Shown in pieces: positions 34,227 through 47,598 of a DNA stretch of 64,000 nt. The notes below the pieces were generated by a model that was not told the origin of the DNA, searched no databases, and saw only the letters and a program-made list of their open reading frames with translations. A program made the translations under genes and the position numbers. Source of the DNA: Phoronis australis (lineage: Eukaryota; Animalia; Phoronida); contig NMRA01000168.1 in the NCBI GenBank assembly GCA_002633005.1, positions 375,129-439,128 on the forward strand, read 5' to 3'. Numbering within the stretch: position 1 is the first letter of the stretch; each line of letters opens with the position of its first letter.

Positions 34227-37200
34227 ATGGCGAAAACAAACATAGCAGGGTTCCACAATGCCGAAGCCGTACGCAAGATGCAATATCGCCCACTTGGTAA
34301 AACGGGAATGGATGTGTCTATACTCAGTTACGGTAAGTGACATAACTGAAGATCAGGGTGTGTTCAATTAGGTTGGATCTGAATCGTACGCGACAGTGAG
34401 GCGGCAACACGCCAGATCCCGTTTGCAAAATAGAAAGCTTTCGGGTTTGTTTCAACTGCAGACGGCAATGCCGTTCACAAATTGAGACTAAATCTATGTA
34501 TTAATCTAGTCCATTGTTTTAAAAGCTTTCCCATAGTCTTTTGCCCGGCATACTACTGACAGGTCAGTTATCTGCTATGGTTCAATGAGTTACTAAAACT
34601 ATACGGAACTACTTTCATCAGCGGGTGCCAGAGAACCGAAAATTAATGCAATAACATAATGCGTTTTTGTAGTATTTCTGCGGATAAAACGGATCGTTTG
34701 CCAAATTTTCAGGAGGAATTCAGTTTCTATTTCTAAAACCAAACAATGAACTCGAAAAACACCGGTTTTAGTCCACGATATATGAATTGATTTTAGCCAG
34801 AGTTTTACTGGCGTGAAGTCATCGCTAATGTGATAAATTCTCTGCTTTATACAAAATGACCTCAGATCAGCATTCCTGATAAACAGGCTTCTTGACGACA
34901 CAGGTCCTTATACAAACCTATTGATGAAGTATAAAGTGCCGTGAAACCCCCGATCCAATAGAAACTCGAGTTTTTATGGTGGAATAGCGCACGTGCCCAA
35001 GCGTTGTAGGTTGGGGATGAGGCAAAGCAGAAAACCAGCACATGCGCGCACCCAGGGGGGCTCGGGGGAGCTCGAACGAGCCCCCTCATTTGGCGAAGTG
35101 GGTAAAGAGGTCCGCCTCAGAGAAACAAAAAGAAAAGTCCAAGAGAACGAGACAAAAGTCCATTAAAAAGCGCAGACGCTCAGTTCACAGACCTGAAAGT
35201 GGTACCCAGTTTTTTTAGTCCTCCCGCTTTTTTAGGAAAGGTCCATTTTGTCAGAGGTTCGAGCCCCCCATATTAAAGGCTGGGTGTGCGCACGGCATGC
35301 AGCATATGACATACATTGTCCATATAAGCTTACTAACCCTATGAAGCAGCAGTAACTGGTTCATGTTCTTACATATCATAGACAACAGATTTGCTTACGG
35401 AATTCCTGGAAGACTGGCCCTCTCTTCCAATACACAACCAATTACACGTGCGCAACTTCCGGTTGGTGAACAGACGTAAGGAAATGTGTTACAGGAGGTT
35501 CCGGAAGAGAATAGTGGTGTCGTGGTGGTCGCTGATTCTGCACAAAATTGATTTTTTTGCATTGGGAATATGCAGAGTTGGCGGTCCATGTGTTATAACG
35601 GTCTGTGATCTTATTGATAAAAAATACCATCTGACATGTTTTTAACACGATAACAGGTGAACCAGAATAAATCTGGATTTGTTAAAACGCTGCAACCTGT
35701 CGTAAGGTTATCATCTGTCCTTTAGGTGCGTCCGCCTTGGGTAGCATGTATCGAGATACCAACGTTCAAGAGTCTTATGACGTAGTCAAGTATGCACTGA
35801 GTCACGGGATCAACTACGTGGATGTAGCGCCATGGTACGGCCATGGGAAAGCAGAAACGGTTTTGGGAAAGGTCAGGAACACACCATTTATCCGTCCCGT
35901 ATACCGGGGCACTCTTAGTAATTACTTTGAAGAGTAAAAAAAAACATTAAATTTATTTTATTCAAAGAACTGCAGCTACAGAAAAAAGCCCAGTCCAACC
36001 AGTTGTGTCGGTTCTAGATTTTCACACCCAGAGTCGTATTGAATTGATCATTGAGACGAAGCCTGTTGTGTAACAGCTGGGCCTTGCGTACGTCTCAGTT
36101 GGGCAGATTCATGCTCGCAAACTAAAGTGTTGTTTATCAACTTATGATCTGAAATCAATTTTATGTTAAATTCACCAGTGTTTGACAAAAGGAATGTGTT
36201 ACGCGCAGCTTCCATGCTGTACCATTTAATTTTGCGATGTTTCAATATTTTGAAGAGTAGGCCTACACATTTTCGGCAAGATGAGTGACGTTGGTACTCA
36301 GTTCTTTCTCTGATTTACAGGTTTTGAAAAACATTCCACGTGACTCGTATTACATTGCCACTAAGGTCTGCCGGTACGAGAAAGAGTTTGATCAAATGTT
36401 CGACTTTAGCGCCGAGAGGACGTTGAGAAGTGTTGACGAGAGCTTGGAACGTCTTGGGTTAGACTACGTTGACGTTATACAAGTGAGTTTTTGTTTGGGG
36501 GGTGGTGGTGGTGGGGTGGGGGTCACGAGCGGTGGGGGCTCTAATTGTTTGGCGATTCTGCTGTTAAGGACGTAATGGCCTTGGTTTATTAAAGAGGCCT
36601 GAAACGCGACAAACAGACAAAATTGCAATGCTGTAAGTGGCTCTCTGCCACTCAAACAGAATTCAACCTCCTCACCAGGTATTTTTTAGGGTTTGTTCGT
36701 GAAGATTTTAAATTTCTGTTGATATCAAGGCATTTTTTTAGTTTCAAAATTAAAAAAAAAGATCTTAGACGTGTGTGTACACAAACCCAAGATTTCGAAA
36801 ACAAGACATATAACCCATTCTTAATACAACGATCGACAATTTAGGAAATATTTCTGAAATGCAAGTAACTTCTCTACTGAAACATCACGCGTCTTTTTGA
36901 AGTTACGTAACCTAGATATTTTATTTTCTAGGTACATGACATGGAATTTGCTCCCAGTTTAGACATTATTCTCAACGAGACCTTGCCGGCACTTCAGAAA
37001 GTCAAAGAATCCGGAAAAGCTCGGTTCATTGGAATAACTGGTTATCCTCTGAGCATACTCAAGTAAGTCTTACCGCCTTTCTCTTTGATAATGTAACAGA
37101 AAAATGTACATGAACGCACTTACTTAGTGAACACGATTTTGACGGTTTTTTACGACTTAGCAGTAAGTTGTCTTGCATGAGCTATGTAGTACATTTACTA

Positions 37201-40200
37201 GTGTGCTGTCCTGTTTCGTTTTTTCACAGAAGTGCACCTTAAGTCTACGTTTTCCTTTATTAAACTTGATTACATAACAATAGGGCGAGGCAATGCGAAA
37301 ATTGTCTGTACACGCATACGTATTTGTTACGTAAAAAGTGTACCGAAATGTTCTAATACACACAAATCGGCGAATTTCCGTTCTCAAAGACGGCGAATTT
37401 CGATTTCTTTTGCTAGAGAAGTCATTGAACGAAGCTCAGTGAAAATCGACACAGTAATCTGCTACTGCCATCTGAGCATGAACGACACGTCGTTGCTGAA
37501 CATGATGCCATTCTTCAAGGTATTCATTAGATCGTACTATCCTTTAAAGGGACTCAGAAAAACTGTTGGATGGGATAGACGTCTTGAAAAATTATTACTT
37601 TTGACCAAAGTTATAAAATAACAGAATCCGTCGTGTTTTTGTAATTTATCATCAATTCTTGGCCTTGGCTTGCTAGCATTCGCTGCAATCAATGCCGATG
37701 ACTTCACGCTTTCAACTGTTAAACTGCGACCGCGGGGATTGCTCCTTCGATTCTACGCTCATGCTAATCTCAGAAAATCACTTTTCTCGCGGATAATGTC
37801 CGTTTAAAACAATGCTAAACTTACTTTCTGTTAAAAACTGTTGATTTCGGTCACTCATCATTAAAAAATTGGATCTATGCTGTCATGAGGGTGCTCAACA
37901 TTTTTCATATTGTAATGCATGACCCCTCCTCCAACGCACGCACGCACGCACGCACGCACACGGAAGTACAGGTCTACGATTAGTCGAAACATAATCAATG
38001 CCAAATTTTGTTTTTGCATCATTTTTGCCCCCTAAGTAGAAGTGATTTTTGTGCTCAGGAAGATCTGGCAGTTTTTTGTGACGCCCTGAAGTGAAAAACG
38101 TTGATCGCGACGCCCGGGGCTGAATGCAGTTCTATTACCCAACATATTCTACTTTCAAAGATGTCTTCATTACTAAATATAAAATTTCTGAAATAGCATT
38201 CCAAGTATTTTGATAGACCTGTTTGTTCCTAGTGAAATTCTCGGGCTAGAAGACTTAAAAAACATAATTTGCAAACTTGATACGAAAAACATACATGTAT
38301 AATAGTTAAAGTTGCAGTGATCTCCGTGGAAAATCATGATTTCTAGAAAAAAGCAGTCACACAAGTACAAACCTATATCCATACAATTGTGTGACCATCA
38401 AGGATTTAAAAAAATATATAATTTCATAGGACTTCTACTACTAATTAAAAGTTGATCAAGAAATTCGATCCTTGGTGAAGATCGCCTGTCACCTTAATTT
38501 AGGCTTACACGCCACATCACAGTGACAACATGCTTACTTAATAAAGTATGAATTTGACAGTATTATCATAGCTACACCATGGCAACAGCTTGCTGGACCT
38601 ATTTAAAATCAAATTGAAGAGCTCAAAAATCCAGTTTATTCATGATAAAACTGAAAGAGTGCGAAATTTTAATTTGTGGAAAGGATACTAATCTCGAAGT
38701 TGGTTCTATATTTTCCTTAATGAACCAGTAACCTTTTTGACACTTTCACTGATGCATACATGCAGGAGAATGGTGTTGGTGTGGTCAACGCATCGCCCAT
38801 TTCCATGGGTCTTCTTAGCAACCGAGGACCCCCGTCATGGCATCCCGCCACGAGTGATATTAAAGACGCTTGTGCAAAAGCGGCCGAATATTGCCAGGTG
38901 AACCTTTTGTTATATTTACAATTCTCGCGCATTTTACTAATGAGCTAATTTTGACGCAGAAAGTTCATCTAATGTAATGTGTATAAGAATTGCATGTTTA
39001 TTAATTTGTTATTTATAAAATGTCTTACTCTTATTAATTAATTATTGTCTGTTTTTAATTTTTATATTAATATTTTAGTTAATTATGTTGTCTTAATTTC
39101 TTTATCTTCTATTTATCATATTTTATTATGCGCCCACATATTTATATGTGGACGCATTATGCCGTCATCTCCGTCCGTCCGTCCGTCCGTCCGGGCGGCG
39201 TCCGGCGTCCGCTGCTCTATCTCCAAAACCCTTTGACATACGTTCATGAAATTTGGCACATATGTTCCATTCATGAATGGGACGGCATGTGCGAACTTTC
39301 GGACGGATCCGACTACCGGTGTGCCCCTAGTGGCAATTTTAGTTTTTTACGCTTACCTTTGTATCTTCAAAAGTCCTGAACGGATTTTCATGAAATTTGG
39401 TATGTAGGCACCTATTAGTGAGATGACGCTATCCTGCCGTTTTCAGATGGATTCGACATAGTTTGCGCCACCTAGTGGCCATTTTTAGTGTTTTCGAGTC
39501 TGTTTTTGTGCGTCCACCCCTCTATCAACCAAACCGCTCAAAGGATGATTGTGAAAATTGCCGTGTATGTGCTTACTATAAGGAAGACAGCTGACAATGA
39601 TTTTCAGACGATTTGGACTACTGTGGCACCTCCTAGTGGCAGTTTTGTTTTTTTTTGCGCCCATGGCTGTATCTCCCAAACCGTTTACAGGATTTTTACT
39701 AAAATTAGCAAGTGTATTTATGTGATGTTGACAACGGACGATGACGACTTTAGGATGATTCTGACTACCGGTATTCCTATAGTGGCAATTTTAGTATTTG
39801 CCTCTAGTGGCAATTTTAGTATTTTACATTGACCTCTGTATTTTCATAGGTCTTCAGATGTATACTTTGTGTTACTTCGTGACTATGAAGGAAAAGTTCC
39901 AAGTAGAAATTTTTTTCTGGCATTCTAATGCTGTGCTAATCTCGTATGTTACTTGGTAAATTTGTTTTTAATTTTATGTTTCTGTGGTGCTTTAAGCAAC
40001 TGGTGTATAGGATGTGCTTGTATTATGAAGATTACTCACATTTTGTCCCTAGCCTATTGAGGAGACAATGACCATGCCTTTCCATTTTGCTAAGTACAAC
40101 ATACTACATATATGCCTCTACTGGCCACTTTATGGTACCAATAAACAACCCTAGAAGGATACCGTATGCGGTGCAATTGTGGGCGCATTTCAACGCTCTG

Positions 40201-41997
40201 CGTTGCTCTTGTTCTTATTTTGCTTCATCATATTCATATTTATATTTTAGTTAATTATCTTGTCTTAATTTCTTTATCTTCTATTTATCATATTTTATTT
40301 TTTATTTTGCTTCATCAGTCTTTCCGTGTTAATTTCTTATTCTTCGATTATTACTTAAATTTGTCTTTCATTTTGTAATTCTGTTTTTGTCTTACTATCT
40401 GTTTGTTTTTTTACCGAGGGCCCCCACGGAAAGCAGTGTGAACTGATGGGGCTACCCTCATTGTAAATATTACAGTAATAAATAAATAATAAGTAATAGA
40501 TATAAATTGTGTTTTTCTTTTCTCTCATTAGCATAATAAAGCCACGTTTTCAAACGATTTCATAGTCGTCTTAATTACCTTGAATTTAGGAAAGAGGAGT
40601 GGACATTTCCAAATTAGCCATGCATTTCACACTGGGCTTTGATCAAGTACCCACCACTCTAGTAAGCACGGCGAGTCTGGAGAATATAAAGAAAAACATG
40701 GAGACTGTGTACACAAAACTATCGGAGCTGGAGAGAAAGACGTCAGACGAAATATTGGAGAAGTGAGTAAACGATGTCGACGTCGTTTTGCCAGAGCGTC
40801 GACTGTTCGAAGCCCTAAGGCAGTAAATTACAAACAAATCACAGAAGAGGTTGAAGTGAAAGTTTATTTTGCCAAGCTAAAAGTGATCATTTAAAGTTCG
40901 TGGCTTTGAACATGTGGTTGAACTTATACAAGCTGTAGGCTAAGTGTTGTTTCTGACGGTACCTACTTTTATTACATTTATTTTCAAGACATACTGAACT
41001 CTGTTATGGCCGGTGATTTCATCCAATTCTCGTTCTGCCCCAGGTTAATACTCCATTAGCGTCTCAGTGATAAAAGCAGGATAAAACTAAAAAAACGCTC
41101 ACCACGTCACAAAAATGATGGTTCTTGGTGACACTGGTCTTTCCCTTCAGTTGTTCCTGGCCTAAAACGTTGGTCAGGCTAGCCGGTTAGCAGACGTCAT
41201 AAGTTTTCAAAATTTCCTCTCAACTTTTGAGGATTAACGAATGTTAAAAAAATGCAGATAGTCTTGTACGCTGTACTGGACGTGCGGAGGCCTCTCAGGT
41301 AGGCCCATTGCATTGACCATCAGGAACCTGATGTTTATGCTTTATTAGTATGTAGATGAAACCGAGCTGAGGAGCTAGAAACCTGACTCAAGGGTCTAAC
41401 TAACAGAGTGCCCTAGTGGGACCCGAATCCACGACCTTGAGTAAAGAAGCAGACACTGTTCCTACTAAGCCACTCTGTCTCCTCTAACGTATGCTACAGA
41501 GCAGTATTTTATTTTACAGAGCTCTGTGGGTAAGTTGTTAATTTAGGCCAAAATTGGGTCTAGTAACCCCTTAAATTCTCGTTGTTATAACGTCCTGTCC
41601 TGCAGCTAATGTGGTCCACGGTCATTAAAATGTTCAAATGCGATAACTTATTGTGCAAGCAAAAACAAGGCTCGAAAAAGGACTCTCCGAAGTTTTTAGG
41701 AGTAGCTCTACAAGGGCTGGTTCAGAGGTTTTTCTCTCAATTAAATGACTTTTGTTACCATGAAAATGCATTCTTGCCCAACCTGAGAGAGAAGCCTCAT
41801 ACTCCAAGTCGTAGCATCTATCAACAAATATTCAATGAGCTGTAGTTAGCAGTGACCGAATACTTTCGCGCAATTCATGGACTGTTTGTGATTGACTTTT
41901 TAGGTTCATGAGGCCCCTGGCAGACAAAACCTGGGAAGGCGTCGAGGTGACGGAATATTGGACAAAACTGCGCAAACTACAGCAGGAAAAAGTTTGA
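34227..41997 (+). CDS. L-galactose dehydrogenase-like aldo-keto reductase, 8 exons, 348 aa
   Basis: Exons 34227-34332, 35726-35871, 36321-36482, 36932-37062, 37417-37519, 38766-38897, 40590-40762 and 41904-41997; all GT-AG, phase-consistent, 1047 nt in total. Motifs MQYRPLGKTGMDVSILSYGASALG, GINYVDVAPWYG, IATKVCRY, SLERLGLDYVDVIQVHD, GKARFIGITGYPL, NASPISMGLL..GPPSWHPA. AKR catalytic D-Y-K-H residues present. Confidence 0.93.
39126..40213 (+). mobile_element. HINE/DINE-1-like element copy C, in AKR intron 6
   Basis: Same 5' hairpin, (GTCC)n and monomers as copy A; 3' subTIR TGTGGGCGCAT plus stem-loop CAACGC-TCT-GCGTTG. Confidence 0.85.
40416..40497 (+). mobile_element. Retroelement 3' tail (stem-loop plus AAAT-rich tail); inverted relative at 56600-56672
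   Basis: GAGGGCCCCCACGGAAAGCAGTGTGAACTGATGGGGCTACCCTCATTGTAAATA...AATAAATAAATAA. A homologous sequence lies on the minus strand at 56600-56672. Confidence 0.55.
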
Positions 41998-44945
41998 TGG
42001 GATAACTAAGCACTTCAGAAACGTTTTAACATTTTATTAGTTTACGTGAAGGGCACTACATTATCGTTTATGTTTAAACACACAAAGGACAATGTAATAC
42101 TCATTATAACGGCGTCGACTTTTAGACAACGCCAACTGCTCAAGTACTGCTGTTAAGTGTAGAAGGAATATCTAGATGAAGACCCTTTGACATCGTAAAT
42201 AAAAAACAGTACTTGGGTTACAATGTGTTCAATGTAATACTTCTGAACCAATAGTACTAGTAAAATGTTGCATAATTTTGAATTGCTCCATTTCTGAAGG
42301 GAAGGAGTACATGTATATTGAATGAAGTAATTAAAGCTTCAGTTCGGCCCTGTTTAGCTGGTTAAACTAAAATTGAATCTGGCCTTTTACTGTCATAGAA
42401 CCGGTGTCGAGATATTCCGTACCCTGATAGGATTATATTTGTTATTATTAACCAGGTATCGAATGGGCGACTCAATAAAATCCTTCACAGTTCAGGTTGA
42501 GTTTTGTCAACCGTAAAATTGCGAATTCAAAGATCGACGAACGCACAGTTGTTTATGATTTGAGTCGTTAGTTAACACTTTATCACGGTTAGGAATATTA
42601 GGAGATCGACTTAGGACAGTAAAAATCCTAATTTCGTTTGAGCCAGCTCAACAGGGCCATATTCAGTTACAAGTTAAGGATACTATAAATGTGGGGCCTT
42701 CTGGACATTTTTCAATACGTCATGAAGCATCGGCACAGACTACTAGACAAGTACTACTGTAGAAGTTCACGGCTGAAGCTATTTTATACATGAAATGTCG
42801 TGTTCTTGATGGAGAAGAGACTGGGCCGGGCCACTGCATCCCACACTCGATATACACCACAAAGGGCAAACTCTAGCTCAAAGTCGTGTTTACATCAATA
42901 AGACAATGTAATAGTGTTGGACGGCCCATGAAGCACAGTCCCACGTTCATGACTCCCATCTCTATTCCGCTCTTACTTGGGAACGCTTCCTATACTACAA
43001 GTGAGACAAACACACCTAACAGTTAGTATGCTATATGGAAGAATTATTAGTCGCTTACACACACTATGTGGTCATATCACGCGACCTAAAGTTCAGTCTG
43101 GAGTGAAGAATTTTGCCTGCCTGGATTCGAACCGGGACCTTCAGCTAACCTTGTAGTTCGTATGTTACTGAAAGTAAAGACAACCCATCCCTAGGGAGTA
43201 GACAGTTTAATTTAATTGTAAAATCAATTAGCTTAAATACTAGATCAACAATTTAGACAGGAACCATTAATTATTTGGTTGCAAAGTGACAACAAGCCAG
43301 AAATACCAAGAACAGATTATTTAGCTGCTGTAATGTTGATTTTCCATGATTCAATTACAATACACCTTGTCACGTGATTCATCATCAGCCAGCTATCTCA
43401 ATTCCTGAACATGAGTATGAAATGTAACCAACTCAAATATATACACTGCAATATATAATTTTCCTATGGGGACAGCACCTGCACTGAAGTGCCTGCCCCC
43501 TGGGTTCAATAACATTAAGGTGATATCTGGCAAATATTTACACAGAACAAACCATTAAACCAATAACACAAATTCATATAACATAAGACCAAGTTTATAG
43601 GTCTGAGATATATCAGAGAATGGATTCATGTTTATTGACAGGTGGCAATATGTCGCATCTCAAAGGCTGCCCACTCTCTAATGTAAGGGGTGAATTACGT
43701 AACTACAATTTGTGAAAAAAGGAATCACCAGTTGATGTAGCTGGAATTAACTATGAACTCAACAAAACACTAACAGCCTGGCTCAGCACAAAATTCTCAA
43801 AATGTCACAGAATTTCTCAGTGGCAAGCAAGTTTTGTCACAGAATGTCACTGTGTCACAGGGAATCCATTCTCTGATATAAACAAATGGCCATTCTGACT
43901 TGCTACAGGAAATTGAGTACAAACAAGGGCAAACATTACATTTGATGCTCACAACTGCTAGGATTACACATTACTACTGCCTAATAATTCCTTGCAAATA
44001 ATACATAAGTGGAAGAATGGAAAATATGTTAATTACGTACTTTAAAAGTTTTTACTGACCCACCACAATGAGAGTATAACACAATTAGATAAAGGGTAGC
44101 CTCACAAGATATTATGCATTTGACCAAGAAACAGAGAGTGTTTGTGCTGTAAAGTTAAGCACTGGCTTTTACAGCAAGCTCCAGATTGATGTTGTGAACC
44201 GAACCCTAACAGGAATGGTGAAAATGAATATATTTAAAGCATTCATTAATTCATATGAAACCCCTCATCAGGTTGAGAAATATGCAAAATTGGAAGTATA
44301 CAGAAGAAGTGTTGCGATTTATGCGATAACAGTTGTTTTTGTTACAATCCATCAACACCAATTTGACACAGCACTCCTACATAGGGCATATCCGTCTAGC
44401 TGAAATATTAGAAAATTAAAACTGCACTTAAAAGTATAAAGGTACCAATGTTGTTACGTGAGAGGGAAATTGTATTCAGGCAACATTGCTAATAGTTTTT
44501 TACCACTTTCTACACATCACCGAACCCCTTATTTTCAAAAACTCGGAATCTGATGCGACACTTCTAGAACAACAAAAACCTGGTAACTAAAAATGTTGAT
44601 GCTGTAGTCTTTTTTTCACACACTTTTTGTTATGGGTTTCCACTTCAAAATAAAAATTGTTATCATTTAGCCTAGTTTTCCACCAGACTGCCGCATTTTT
44701 ATCTTACATCGCTGATGGAAGAGTGCACCACATATTTCTACTGTCTACATTTATCTTTTTATCCATTTTATCAACATTTTTAGTGGGAAATGGCACTCAG
44801 CTGTTGATCCCTTCAACAAAAGGATCTTTCAATTCTGTTTGTTGCAACCAAAGTTCACAGAAACCAAATCAATTTCTGCATTGTGCACCTGACGAGGAAC
44901 TTGTGGGATGAAGAATTACAAAAATAGGGGGATCACTCATATTGA

Positions 44946-45200
44946 CAAGGTACCGCAGGCGTGTACCAAAAATTGACGAGAGACCCCCTATTGCGGGTAC
45001 CAGGTCTGCTAATTCCCACCCTCTTTTGCGTGGTAGATTTTTCTGTAGAAAGATGGCCAGTGCACCCTTTGTGGGGCTGAGGCCAATGCAGTGGACCTTT
45101 TGCAGGGACGATATGGAAAATTAGGGGCCCATTGGACCCCGCGCGAGTCTCACAAAACCGCCTACCCACAATTTTTGGTACATGCCTGCAGTGACCCCCA
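44946..45200. mobile_element. Small MITE
   Basis: GGTACCGCAGGCGTGTACCAAAATTG is the inverse of CAATTTTTGGTACATGCCTGCAGTGACC. Confidence 0.55.
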
Positions 45201-47598
45201 GGATTATAAGCAAGTGAATGTTACAAAACAAGCATGTTACAAATAAATGCAGTTTGACCATAACAACTCTATACATCCATCTAACTACAGCAAACTCTCA
45301 CCAATTTAGGAAAAAAATAAGGCAATTAAGTGAAATTTCATTTTTACATTTTCTTCATAAAAATAAGTAGCACAAAATAAACACTTTTTCAGTCTTAACT
45401 TGCACACCACAGATAGCATCGAACTATGTTTTTAAAGTGAAGCATTCATAACAATGTCAGGGACTTTTGAAAAATGAAAAAAGGCCAGTTTTAGCAATTA
45501 TTTTTGTTTGACATTGACAGGCTTTTACACTTTTTATCATTTTCAGTACCAAAAACAAGGACCAGCATTTTTTTGAAAAGAAAAGCCAACGATTAAGCCA
45601 GTCGTCCTGGCAACTACAAAGTTGGCTAATGAGAATGCTCATAAGAGGAGTTTCTCTGTTTTTAGGCAACCAACCATGTAAATGGGGTATTGTTGCAGCT
45701 ATTAATTTTCTAACTAAAGAAAAAGACTGAAGAGTTATCACTGTGAAATGCAATAAAATAACAATAGATACATAACAAGTAAACAGATGCTTACAGTAAC
45801 ATTAACCATTTTCCATATTTCAAAAGCTTTCAACATTCTAGTGAATGCCCACAATATATCAAAATTCTGTCTGCTGTTAGCTATGGTATTGAAACTTAAA
45901 ATGGTAAAGCATGTACTTGGTGCCTTGTATCTTTTGTGAATAAATGAAAAATAAAATTTAATTTGTTCACCATACTGAGTCCCACATTGGTTATATTTTA
46001 CTGTAGTAAGAGTAAATCTTCATAGAAGAACATGTTGCCATTACTTACCAGTATATTGTGGTGTTAAGAATTTCACACGAATCGCATGGTATGTAAAGAT
46101 ATCAAACTTTGTACTAGTGAATTCAAATGATGTACCTAACACCAGAAGTCTAAAAAAACAATGTTTGGAGTAACTGCACCATTGATACTCAACTAACAAT
46201 GAGTAAAATGAGATTTTTAAACTTAAAGACAATGGATAACAAAATGTGGCAACAAACTGAATACTGGGATTGCTAACATGTATTTGTCTCGTGCTTCGAT
46301 CCCAGTAGCTAGCAACAAATATTGCCTTATTGGGAAGAAACATTCAAAACATCATAGTATAGAAAAACGTGACTGCAAAAAGCTGATCAAAATGCTCTTT
46401 TTCAAGATATTTTCTAGCCTTTCTTCAATGAATGCTGCTTTATCAAATGATGAAGATGAACATCACCTTAAAGTTATACAGCACCTTATCTACAAATCTT
46501 TGTTTTTAGTCACATATCAACAAAACTCTAAATTTTTATTTCCTCGGTAAAAGTTATGAAAGTAGAATTCGTTAAGAATTTGATGTTTGCTTAACAGCAG
46601 TCTGTTATTACAAACTGGGTCACATGAACACGATCATACCTTTTACTGAATTGAGCAAAAAAGGTCCATTCATAGCAAAACAAAATCAATAACATGACCA
46701 AATTTCATTTGACTTAAATATTCAGCAACAGTTTTCTTAGTCAGCAATTGTTTTGATTTCTTTTATAAAATTCATTAAAGTCCTTTTTTGACAGTTCCTC
46801 AAGCAAAAATGAAACTTTTTAAAAACAATCCTTTACAGCATTTTGAAGAACAGTTCATAAAGCATAGACTGTCGAATATTCATATGAATCTGATCAGCCA
46901 GTGGTGAGATATGGTGTTCTAAACGTAGTCAAATTTGGACATTTTTCTTGGTAACATGTACTATATAACCTTAAAACAAGACTTCTAATGTGCTTCCAGA
47001 GGTCTAAGTTTGCTATTCTGTGAAAGAGGAAAAAGTTGTTCATCAAGGGACGCGACTTTCAGAAAAAATTAAAACAAAGCAAAACATTAACCGTACTTCT
47101 ATAGTGGAGCAAAGTGCTCCAAACAAAAAAATTCAGTAGTCAAGGACTCGAGAACGAAAAACTATAACGAAGTGGTCATATGTCCAGTAAACCCAAGGAC
47201 GAGTACCATCTCAGAGATCAACTTTTTGTTATTTAATTTATCTATTATCTGTGCCATGTGGGAGAATGATTCTCATCATAACAAATATATTGTGCTCATT
47301 ATACAAGAAACCAACAACAACTTTACAGAACACACCAAAAGTATTCCAACAAAATTACCCAGAATTCCATGTAAGTATGGTTTGGTGGAAGTCAAATTCT
47401 TCGTATGAGCAGCCTTCCTTCATAACAAAGAATGAAGGGGAATTCAAAGGAGAGTCAGGTGAACAAGCCATTCAGTTGTCATGACAGGGAAACAGTATTT
47501 TGTCTAATTACATTTGCCATGTACTGTAGTTTGTCAAATCATCAACACAAACCCCCCAGAACTAATGCAGAATTGTGACCCCTTTATTAGTTTTGCTA

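Noticed and set aside
40416-40464. Hammerhead ribozyme (GAAA and CUGANG-like words)
   Set aside because: The CUGA is sequestered in the apical stem and no stem III/NUH cleavage site can be built.
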